A stretch of 64,000 nucleotides of DNA from Asterias rubens. Its lineage: Eukaryota. Below are positions 36,935 to 48,600 of the stretch, piece by piece; positions within the stretch are counted from its first letter, which is position 1, and each line of letters opens with the position of its first letter. Under the pieces are notes generated by a model, which was given only the letters and a program-made list of their open reading frames with translations, made no database searches and had not been told where the DNA came from. Location: contig NC_047082.1 of the NCBI RefSeq assembly GCF_902459465.1, positions 9,176,001-9,240,000 of the forward strand, read 5' to 3'. The position numbers and the translations under genes were made by a program.

Positions 36935-39604
36935 CTAAAACAAAGGGTCTTCATAATATTCGTCACATTCGAATTCACGATTCCAGTTATACTCTCTACT
37001 TTTCTGTACATCTTTCACATTTTTAACCTTCCTGCAGACTGGGCATTTCTGTACCCCTTCCCGCTTTTGGGTGGTTGTGAAGTCCGCACTGGGAAATAGG
37101 CGCTTGCAACCCACGCACTTGACTTCTGTGCTATAATAGCTCTGGAAAATACGCCAGGGCAGGAATGGGTTCCCTTCGTAATTATCGTAGGAACGGTCTT
37201 CTTTCAATCGGTAGAAATCGACATATCTATTCGAAACATCCCGCAGTAAATTCAGAACGTTCCCTGTTTCGCTCAGTACTTTGAACAACCGCAGCATGCC
37301 GATTACATCGGCTGCAGCATACCGTAGAAATGACTTGCGAAGAGGTCGGGTCAACCACACACCATCTGAGTGACTTTCCAATCCTTTCTTTGCCTTGATG
37401 AGATCTTCATCTTTGACGTAGTCTTCGAGACATTTCTGAAAGCCGAGAACTCTTGGAACATCTAGAACTCGTTTGTTTGTACGAAGGTTCAACTGTTGAT
37501 GGGTTGATGCATCACCTCGGTGGATGACCTGCAGTGATTTGTGTTGAATATAAAAACACGGTTGACACAATTATTATGAAAAACCTTCAGTGAAACACCT
37601 TTCATGGCAGTATGGAAGGGGCACACTGTCTTCTTGGGCACATTGGGTTGAAACAAAATTGCTTGTTATAAAATGAATACGGTTGGAAAGAAGTTTTAAA
37701 AAGTAGAACATAATGATAAAGTCCCCCGAAATAGTGGTTTTCCTTTTCTTACTTCGTGAACAGTCGCGGTCCGCCGCGGCCGTTTTGTTGAACCAATGTT
37801 CGGCGTTTATAATCAAAAGAACACACAAGGGTCCCGTTTCATTTACATGAGTGTTACTAACTGTATTGTAAGTTCTTTAAGAAACAATTTGTTTTTGTTA
37901 CCTCCATCAATTGCAAGTCCAGCACATTGGTCAGTTTGACGTTGTATTTATGCCAGAGACAGTCCGAGTCCTGACGGCAGTCAAACATCAACTTCTGACG
38001 GTCCGGATCCTGAAGAAGGTCCATCAGGCCTTTGTCGAACACCTTGGATCCCAACGTCTTGATGTCGAACAAGAACGTGTCATTCTCCGTTGCAACGGAC
38101 ACGATGGCGAGCTCACCCTTCCGGTTGAGTTTCTCCCCCTCTAAGTCGACGGCCAAGAGAGGGAGTCCTTTACGGAGTTTCTCAAGGGCTGGCTCTATTT
38201 GCTCTTCTTCATCCACGACTTCGTAGCTAAAAGTACAATCAAACAAAACACTGAGAACTGAAACTCCATCTGTCCAGTTCCAAATTCAAACATTATCATT
38301 ATGTTCTTTAACGTGATGGACAAATGAACTCTCGAAATGCAAAAGAGTGAAAAGGCACTCTTTGAAGAGCCATATGAGGGACAACTCTTTTTCGAGTGAT
38401 CTTCCACTATTTTAGATTGAAGTTTGCATCTTTTTGAGTGATTTTTCACTCTGTCCCGGAGTGAAACCCCTCTAAAAGAGTGAAATAACCACCACTCTTT
38501 TCAAAGAGCCATATGATGAGTGACAACTCGAAATGGAAAGAGTGGTTGTTTTTCACTCATTACAATATTTACATTTAGAGAGAATGCTCAGCCCATCATG
38601 TGGAGTTTGCCTCAAATGACTCTCTATTCAGTTCAACAACTGAACAAACGATGGAACTAAAAGATGCCCAATGATAAGGGGAAACAATTTTTTTAAACTG
38701 GAAATAAGAGGCCGGGAGCCATTTTTTTTATGAAACGTTACCTTCTTCGTATAATTCCACTTGCGCAAAGTTTGTTGTGTAATTAGCGCACAACTTACGC
38801 AATCATTAAAATGTTGTACAGTTAGTGATGGGCTGACGAAATGGTTGCGAAACTTCATGGAATTGGCTGCCAGTATGCATGTATTCTTTAGGCGAAATAT
38901 TGTCATAACTGTATTTTCATATTATTATCATAAATAATTTATTCGTCGCTTCTCAACGGTTTAATCTTCAAATAATTCCGGCCCCTACCTTAATCCTTCT
39001 GATGTTGAGGCAATTTTGAGTTTCTTCGTAGCGGAACTTTCGTCTTTTTTGCCGCCCAACTCTTCACCTGGAAAATTATGATTTGAAGCGCTTACATGTT
39101 AAACTGCAATCATGACCTTCAAGATAAGCCCGACCATTATAATAACTTTTTGCAGATCACAGCCGCAAAATTCCACTCGTCATATCAATAATAAAATGTT
39201 CTTTCAGAGCCAACACTCCCTCAAAAGAGATTTTACACATGGCTGTGCCCGCAAGTTTACTACGTGTAATCATATTTATATTTTATAGTCTCTTATTCTC
39301 TACACCTTGTTAAGCTGCAAACACCATTTAACAAAATGTTTGTAATTTGATTGCGATGGAGCGCGGCCATCTTGCTTTAGTCAAAAAAAAAAAAAAAAAA
39401 AAACTCACCACTTGGTCCAGCCTCCGCACCTCCACATTTTCTCTTTTCACCCCTCTCTGCCTCTGCGACACCTTCGGGCAATTTTCCCTCTGACAAATCA
39501 GACTCTTTCTCTGTGTGTTCTCCATCGATCACGATCTCCACGGAGCTGTTGATCTCGCCATACACCTTCTCGTCTCTCACTCTATTCAACGCAGTGAGAT
39601 CCAT
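36935..39604 (-). CDS. EXD1/Egalitarian-like DEDDy 3'-5' exonuclease with acidic/basic N-terminal extension and C4 zinc finger, paralog 3 (397 aa)
   Basis: join(complement) 39409-39604, 38989-39067, 37902-38226, 36935-37528 (1194 nt; phases 1, 2, 0). Motifs AVDLEG, MFDCRQDSDCL, FLRYAAADV, CVGC-x20-CPVC. A non-coding upstream exon has its donor at 40289. Confidence 0.85.
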
Positions 39605-41205
39605 AGATATAAACTACGGAATCAACCACCAGTTATTATATAGATTGTCGATTAATTTTATTGATCAACTTATTAGAAAACCAATTTTTGATAGATTATC
39701 AATTTATCTGAATTTTTCAACTTTTTTGGAAATCAAATCTGATAGATTTTTGATAAATCTCATGTATTTTACTTATTGAAAAATACAAACTATCGATTAA
39801 TCCGATATTTATTCAGCTTATTGGAATACAACACATTGGTAGATTATCGATTTATCTTCGGATGTTCGTATAATATGCAACAGTTGCACTAATAAACTAT
39901 TATTAAACATTTTCTCACCAATCACATTTCCACACAGTTCTGTAAGGCAGTTCTAGCTATTTCCAAAGTCTCAAACACAAAAGATCAAACACAACTGAGC
40001 AAAAGTCTTGAAAATTACTGGCTTACTGACATCATTTTCTTTTCTTCAGATTACAAAGAATTTGTTGATTTATTCTCAAACCTTTCGTTTTGTTCTGTCC
40101 AACATTAGAGTCGTTCGTATGAATGGCATAAACCGACTAGTGGGTTGATGTGCACTAACTGGAGTGAGTGTACATTGCGCAGAAGTGTACACCCATTATT
40201 GTACCCAAATCACCTAACCATCGAGTTCTTAAAATCACGATACCGATACCAGTTTAGGCCGGAGACTTCCCAGTCATCTCAGTACCTACCTTTGCTTTCC
40301 TGTCCTCGGAAGAAATTGCTCGACCAAATTCGTGAATGGTATTTTATACTTTTATTTCCTGCTGGCACATTATCGGAAAGTTCTACAGGCGTTGCGTACG
40401 TCGCTACGTGTCGGGGAAAACCGACTATGTGAACAAAGCGTGCGAAGTTCAACATCAACTGTTCTCAGCCAGTGCTGCGCAACATAGTTTTCAGGGATTT
40501 CCAGAATCTATATTGAGCACGTAACATTTTAAAGGTGCTATACACTATTGCCATATTTTCTTTAGACGTAAACTAATTCATATCATGTTTTAAAGAGTAT
40601 AAAAAACACATAATATACTTTGTTTGTTTGTTGAGGAGGGTCTATGGGTATTTGTTGGAAAATCATCCCTATATTTATTTGATATGAAATATAGAGGGAA
40701 TAAGCTGTACCGTCATATGAATGTAGAAAACAATAAAAAAGAAATTGCAAAGTAAACTATACAACCACTGGCAAACCAATTAATACCAAAGATAGAGGCC
40801 GACATGTTTTAGTCTGGTCCCTGTAGCTTAACAGACGAACACTAACTACGCTCATTACCTACATGTATGTTCAGAAACCATAAAATCATTCCTTCAAATG
40901 GAACAAAATGGCGCCAATTCATTAATAATTGTCGGTTTAACGGACTTTTTCTAAATCTGTTATTCAATTATTATTGATAATTTAAACACGAATTTGGACA
41001 CATCCAGGCTCCAACAGCACAATCCTGTGATGAAACACGGTGTGATATTAATATGTCATCGGCGGAACATCTGGTCTTCGTCGCTGTATTGATTTGCACT
41101 CAAAATATTATTTTCATATTTTATTGTTCTTTCAATTCCCGTATTCTCAAAAAAACAAAACCCCACATCAAAACTAAAAGGAAGTAACACAATTACTCTG
41201 AATAG
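38196..41205 (-). repeat. Segmental duplication unit B (template of B')
   Basis: Reverse complement matches 28620-31731. Confidence 0.9.
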
Positions 41206-41539
41206 AAACGAAATATTGTAATTTCTGCACTCTTTATAAACCAACCGGTTTCTATAAAAAGTTTAATGATATTTAAAATGTATTATTAAGCCAAAAGAGG
41301 CGTGTGTTGAACCGTGTGTGATATATACCTGCATAATTAAAACAAAGAAGGTCACAAAATGTGTTTAGTTGTCGGATTATGAATTGACGTTCAACGTTAA
41401 CCATATACACAACGCAGCTTGACGTAGACTACAGAAACAATGCACATGTAGAGTAATACACTAAAGATGGATGTCCATCGTTAATCATAACACCAACACA
41501 AGATAGGATATAAACAATGTAGATTGATACACTATAAAG

Positions 41540-43474
41540 ATGGATACCAACTCGACCTCAATGACAACTGTACCATCCAGTGAGCAACTCAGTAGAGACG
41601 GTAGTGTTTGTGAGTATACGAATCTCAATGATGCTTTAAATTGCAATTACAATACAACCACGTATATAGTGATATATGATGGCAACAACGGGAGGCTGGT
41701 AGTGCAGGAATCGGTTTGAGATGTTGGATGAATAATAGATCGGGGGAAACCACCGTTATTATTATATAGACATAATATACAGCGACGTAAAAACCAATCC
41801 ATCATTAGCTCATCAAAACCGTTTGAGACTCAATCCAGAGTTACTAAAAAAAACAAAAACAAAAAAACCAAAAAACTAATCAAAACCAATCAACAAAATG
41901 AATAATATTAAACAAACATTGAGCAACTGAATTTTGTACCAGGGATTGCTTTGTAACTGAACAACCCAACAATTATTTATAGAATATTAATTTTGTCTTT
42001 TACCCAAACACCGATGTGTGTTAGCACTGTATACTCAGTACTTTTCCGAGTGCTGTGAACAAATATCACAGGCTATCAACCGGGTGGGATTCGAACCCAC
42101 GACTCTTGCAATTCTAGAGCAGTGTCTTACCAACTAGACTACCGAGATTGCCCGGTAGCTAGAGGCAGTTCGAATCCTATTTTTAACATCTATTATATAA
42201 TTTAACATCTATTATGTAAATTATTGATAGGGTTAGTAGTTTGCACGTCAGCATGTACGGATTTCGCCAATCAAGTGTGTTCCTTTTTTAAACTCGACTA
42301 CTGGTGCATTTTTTTTTTCTCGTTCTGATTTATCCTCGCATTCAAATAAATTCGTTTGATTGTAACTACTGTTGTTATTTTCTTATACAGTTGTGGTTGC
42401 ATTTATTTCACTGTGTGTTGGACTCATCAACTCTCTGGTCATTGTCCTCACGATCATGTGGTTATACAGACATTATAAAGTAAGGTAAGATGTTAATATT
42501 CTACATGGATCGACCATCTAGAACAGCCTCAACATCTGACTTCGTACTTCGTCTGTCTTGAGCCTCAGTTCCCGTCCATGGTTTTAACTATGTTCTAACC
42601 AAATTCAATATTTTTTTGCAAACGTAAAATACCTCCTTGGTTGATCCACAAATGGGAGACTTTGAGGTGCTAGGTGGCAACAGACTTACCTGGTACATTT
42701 CCATTGTTTATGTAGTTCTGAGCGTGCGCACATTATCGAGAACAATTGATTTTACCTGGTAGGTCTGCTGCCACCAAGCGTCCTGAAAGTCTCCCATTCA
42801 ACGTTTCGTTTGAACAGTTGTGTGACACTGTTAAAATCTGTGGCCATCTGTTTTCGTTTTGCATTTGTTTGGCTTCCCATCTTTTTTATGAAGTACAACT
42901 ATTTTTCGAGTGGTCTTCCACTCTTTTAGATTGAAGTTTGCATCTTTTGAGTGAAACTGTCCTGGAGTGAAACCCCTTTAAAAGGGTGAAATAACCACCA
43001 GTCTTTTTGAAGAGCCATATGAGGGACAGCTCGAAATGTAAAGAGTGGTGTTTTTCACTCTTTTACATTTAGAGGATAGTTTTCCAACCGCGGTTGGCAA
43101 AAACTCGGGCTAAAGACATTGCATGGTCCAACGAGTGGGGTTATAATCTAGTAAGATAATTGTCCCAATTTTAATCAATTATTTACTGCAGAAGCGAAAA
43201 CGACCAATCAAGAAAGATCAAGACAGGCAAACCAAGCAAAGTCCTCTCCATTGATTACAAGATGACGTCCCTGGATATGATGACTGCTGATGAATACTGC
43301 CCTCAACGGTACACTTCATCCACGAATGAACGCATGGCCAGCACCGGGCAACAAGTGGGGCACACGGACCGACAAGTTGAAATGGATAATGGTGCCTTTA
43401 CGGTGGATCCGGAAAGCGTGCAGTTTGAACCACCGGATCACGTCAATATGCACCCATCGAGGGGGACGTTATAG
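41540..43474 (+). CDS. Small orphan single-pass (type III-like) membrane protein, about 148 aa
   Basis: join 41540-41609, 42391-42484, 43192-43474. Donors GTGAGT and GTAAGA, acceptors TTATACAG and TTACTGCAG, phases 1 and 2 compatible. TM segment FVVAFISLCVGLINSLVIVLTIMWLY is followed by RHYKVR. Confidence 0.6.
42000..42180 (-). mobile_element. tRNA-derived SINE
   Basis: Reverse complement contains TAGTCTAGTTGG and GGTTCGAATCCC; homologous to 8970-9165. Confidence 0.75.
42651..42798. mobile_element. Hairpin MITE (GGAGACTTT ends); second copy at 53403-53547
   Basis: About 45-bp inverted arms; two dispersed copies. Confidence 0.75.
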
Positions 43475-44260
43475 CCTGAACATCTGACGTCACAAATTGA
43501 CGTGACACGGAGAACAACTGAACAATGGATCCACTTTACAAAGATAGTCCTCACTTTAGGACTCTAAGGTCAAGGAGTAATTATGGCTAGTCATCCTACC
43601 TCCAGTCCTAGCTCGAGAAAAGACTAGTCTTAACTCTTTGTAAAATACATCACAGTCTCCACTTACAATCTGAACATGTTTTAGTTCTACATTCTTTACT
43701 TGTACACTTGGCTGACGATGCATGGAGGGCTCTGGCATGAATGAATGGCAGTCAACTTGTAGAGATGGGTGTGGAGAGGGTGTGAGCGGGTGGGGGGGGG
43801 GGGGCACACATCTCAATATGTCTTCCTAGGCTAGTCTGCTTCCATGATGACTTGGGATTTGACAACCCGAAAATTGAACTGAAATTCCGAACGCATAGGA
43901 CAAAAACATGTATTATAAATTACTTTCTTCCATTTTTATTATTATCTTCGATAATTATGCTCTCTTATTATGTTTTTATCAATATTATTTATATACCCTG
44001 TAACAGCAGTATTTCTATGGCATGCAAGTGCATGTCATTTTTTAAAGCGAACATTCTTTGGCAAAACTTTGAACCTTGGCAATTATAATACATGCACTAG
44101 TTAAATTAAGCTTAACTAAATTATCATAAAACTACTAAGCACCTTCTGCAGTATAACAAAGATAGAGATAAGACATTTGATGCCTGTGATACCGTAGAAA
44201 GAAATGGTTTCATTGATTTGTGATGACTGAAATTATTAGCATAAAACGGGTTGAAACAGC

Positions 44261-44445
44261 TTAAAGGGATAAGTTGCCTTGGATCGGGCGAGTTTGTCTT
44301 TGAAAAGTGTTTGAAGTTATAAAATACAATTATGATTAGAAAGATGTTTTAAAAGTAGAATATAACGATCCACCCAAATATGCCTCAAAATTACTTGTTG
44401 ACTCCATAAAATGGCCGAGAGTGTTAGTTCGCAAAGTCCCTTTAA
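44261..44445. mobile_element. MITE family D, internally deleted
   Basis: Starts TTAAAGGGATAAGTTGCCTTGGATCGG and ends CCCTTTAA. Confidence 0.7.
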
Positions 44446-45614
44446 AGTCTATTGGGAACCCACAGTTTTTGTTTTCATTAATAATGCATTATAATGTTTA
44501 AATCATGCCATGAAATGTATGGTTTTGGTTTAAATATCTGTATATTTTGCACTGAACGCAACGAGTTGTACTCTATTCTTTGATTACCAAATACATTTTG
44601 TTTGCTTTTATATTGTTTTAAGGTTAGGGAACCATTCCCTTTTTAAAGATTCGCCGAAAAATAATTATTAAACTTTTCTGATACGTCAGGGAAAAAAACT
44701 CCTAAAAGTTTCTGTTTCTGTTCAGTTTAATCGCAATCTCAGCATATAAACAAACTTAACTAAAAATATTAAAAATTGCTTTATTTTAATCTAGTATCTA
44801 CGCTTTTGTTTCTAACCATTGCACATAGAACTGTTTATTTAACACTCATCTTTCACCCATGCCAATTTAATGCAAAGAAATGTTTACGAAACATTTTCAG
44901 ATTCAGCTCGAAATGATTGTAGATCAAGCGCAAATAAGTCTCCTTGTATGAAGTAAACAATGATTTAAAGGAATCCATAAACAAAAAATGTTTTAACTGC
45001 AGTCAAATTACTTTCTAAATCATAAAATAATTATCACGACACCTCAAGAGATGTGATAAGCGCACATAAGTACGTCCCTTCTTATGGATAATAATTGTTC
45101 TCTCAAAATGACTTTAAAAATGTTACAAAGACCGCACTGTTTCAGTAAGTTATATTACTAATTTGTTTATCTTTTGGGTAAAACCACAACACTGCGTAGC
45201 TTAGCAAGGATGAAGCAATTTTTTAAAAGCACGTGTTTATCTCAAGCCAAAGCCTATTACAATCAACACCAACCAAATTTGGTCCAAAAAATGTATTAGT
45301 CATTGAAGTCGTTTCGTAAATGTGTTTGTGTCGAAACAACTTAGAAATTTTAGGCACCAACGCAACATTTAAGAATAATAGGCCTACAATAAACATTAAG
45401 AATTTTGTGTAAACGCATACCGCGTTGCACGATGACGATAGAGATATTATTAAGTAAACCTATGAAGTGTAGGCTCTCTTTATAGCAGTGAACTTCCGGA
45501 ACCATTGGAGGTTTCCCAAAACTAAACAACGACTCTCGTTGGTTCTTGTACTGGGTTGACTGTGGATCCCTTCCTCTAGATTGCGAAGACATGGTCAGCA
45601 GGATATGGCCACGG

Positions 45615-48600
45615 TTAAAGCTCAACAACGGCGTCATCCTGCGTTATTTTGACGTACGGGCTGGTGTTCCAAGCTGGCCACACTGGTATCACTCCATCGT
45701 TAAATGAATTCCTCGCGGCCAGACCGTCTGTTATAACTGAACCACGGTCCGATCTATCATCACTGGGCGTTGTGACTGCGCTGAAACTTGTTTCATGAAC
45801 AGCGCCCTCTTCGTCCTCGCTGTTGCTTTCCACGGCGCCATCAGCCGACAGTAACACGTCAGGCGGAATATTTCTAGTCGGGTATAACTCCGCGAGGACC
45901 TGGTAATTCCCTCGACTGGTGCTCTTGTTGATGTTGTTCTTATTCTTGTTTCTGCTCTTGGATCTACCGGATCGGTTCGTTGGTTTGTTCTTGTCCTTTG
46001 GGGCGAGCTCCAGTGTAATCGTCTTGTTGTTGTCTTTGTCGTTTTCTTGGAAGACCCAGCCTGCTCCTGTCCCTGTCCCGGTTGCTGCTGAGACGTCCGT
46101 TTCCAGCTCCCCGCAGTATTCCTGAAGATGGAGAACCTTCTCGTAGTTTGCTCGGGAAGACCTAAATGAAACACACAAATCCTTGTTAGAGTTTTGTTTC
46201 GTTTTCCACAGAGGAAATTATTTATTCAAACTTGAAACAACCCCTCACTTTACAAACATGCTGAAAATACCATGACAGCAAAACAAAATATAAATTTGAC
46301 CGATGTTTATTAAAACATTGTTGGAGTTTTCAATCAATGAGTTTGATTTAACGTTTTCCATCGCACGAGTTTAGAATCCATGCTTTTGTAAATAATATTT
46401 GTGTCCAGAAATGTTTGAGTCTTTTGTCAAATCCTCTACTGTGAGTGTGGGTGGGGGTGCGTGTGTGTGTGTGTAGAAGGGAGGGGGGGGGGGCAAATAA
46501 CTACCACACCGGGTTTAGTGACACACTGAGGACGAAGCAATGGAAACAACGGATAACCATTTTATTGTTATGTTTTACTTTAGGGCAAACTGATAAACAT
46601 CCAAAATCCTGGAAAATCTCTCAAATTTACACCTTGTAACATCCTCCTATTCCTACTTATGATAAAGTGCTGTCGAAGAGAAGATGACAGTCTAAGCAGA
46701 GAATAGAGAAAGCTCCATGGTCTACAAGATAAAGGGAAACAAAAACAAACACCGCACAATTCTCCAAACCATCAACCAACCAGCCGATGAAAAAAAATGA
46801 AAAGTATAAATGATTTCAACGACAGTTTAAAGATAAATCACAAAACATTTTCCACCAATGCATTTAAGAAAGGCAACACAAAACGCGTGTTTTCCATTAC
46901 CGAACCAAACATGGCAGTCAAACTGCGATTCTCCCAAAAGACTCCAAACACACTTATCATCCTTGTGAACAGCGCCCTCAGAGACCCAGAAGCAATTTGA
47001 TCTCAACGACCCATCTCTCCGAGTTGTTTTGACACTTTTAAAGGCCCGCGGGAAACAGGCAGAAAGACGATCATGTCATAACAGAAATTGTTTTCGACAG
47101 GAAGATGTTGTTAGCGAGATAGAACGGAGGGGGTGTGGGTGGCGGTGGGGGGATGGTTATAGGCCATGTCCTCGATTTAGGGCAATATGGTGAGCGTGCG
47201 TAGTGCCCAAATCTTCGCTTCTTTCTCTGGGAAGCCCTCCAGTTGCAAAACCGTCACCGGAGTCAAACCCGATGACATCAGCTGCGTACTCAGGTCCACA
47301 GAGTGTGCGTTCGATTAGCTTCCCCGGGTCGACCCCGGTGTGTGGCGTTTTCTTTTTCCAGGACGAACGTGTGCAGATAATTACCCACGTTCGTCCTGGG
47401 AAAAAAAAACCGCCACACACCGGGGTCGACCCAGGGAAGCTAAAAACGAACGAACCCTATATTCATAGAGGAAATAATGAATTACAAGTGACCTAAAAAT
47501 ACAAACATGATTTCATATGTGTTTTTGTCTTCTTCAGAGTTGAAGACTAGACGACAATCGTCGTGACCTTGACCCCCTGTTGGAGAAAACCTATTATCTC
47601 TGCACGCCTGCTAGACAGGTTTTGAGGTCAAATCATGTGACACCTTCCACTTGAACGTGAGTAGATGTCTTTACAAGCATCAATGGCACTGCATCGTGGA
47701 TTTAGCTCAGTGTGTATCTTCCGCACAGAGTCTTTTATATCATGGCCGGGGTTGGTACAATGGATTGCGCGTTAAACCGTAAAAAATAACAATGGAAGAA
47801 AACGTGCCGAGTGGCTGTCTGTGCCGTACGTAGGTCATACGAAGAGCAATTTTACGCTACGAAATTGTGTTTTCAGAGTTTGAGGCACTGGACACTATAG
47901 TTAATTACTCAAAATAGTTTGTCAAACGAAGAACACAAACTGAGCGAAACATTATTTTTCAGTTATTATTTTGTGCTTTTTAATAATAGGCGATATTAAG
48001 ATTTTATTTTATGATTTTTAATAATAACTTCTCCAAACCGATCTAACACTATTAAGTATTATAACAACATCCTCTTTAGAAACAATGAATAGTGAGTGTG
48101 AAAAGTANNNNNNNNNNNNNNNNNNNNNNNNNNNNNNNNNNNNNNNNNNNNNNNNNNNNNNNNNNNNNNNNNNNNNNNNNNNNNNNNNNNNNNNNNNNNN
48201 NNNNNNNNNNNNNNNNNNNNNNNNNNNNNNNNNNNCGCTATCTACCGTCAACAGTTACAACTAACTGCAACGATAATCATTGGGGCTTCTACTTAATTTT
48301 CTACGGAGCTCTGGAAGTGCCGTCTGACTTATTGAGATCCTGAAATACTTTACTGCAGGGTGATGACACCATTAACATTCGATGAAGACATCCTGAGTGA
48401 ATCTATCTCGGTGTGGGGACATAACGCAAAGGTATCGACTATCTAAGACAATGTCTAGGGATAGCGACGACCTAAAGTCAGGGTGTCGACTTCCCGGGAT
48501 AACTTAGGATTTTTCGAAATCCTAAAAGTATAATATGATGACCTGCCTTCCCGATATATCATCAGTATTAAAACGTCATCTTACGTTTATGATGTCATCA

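Noticed and set aside
47538-47657. Plus-strand segment bounded by a good AG acceptor and GTGAGT donor
   Set aside because: Stops in all three frames; at most a non-coding antisense exon, unsupported without RNA data.
48018-48343. ORFs spanning the N run
   Set aside because: Artefacts of the assembly gap.
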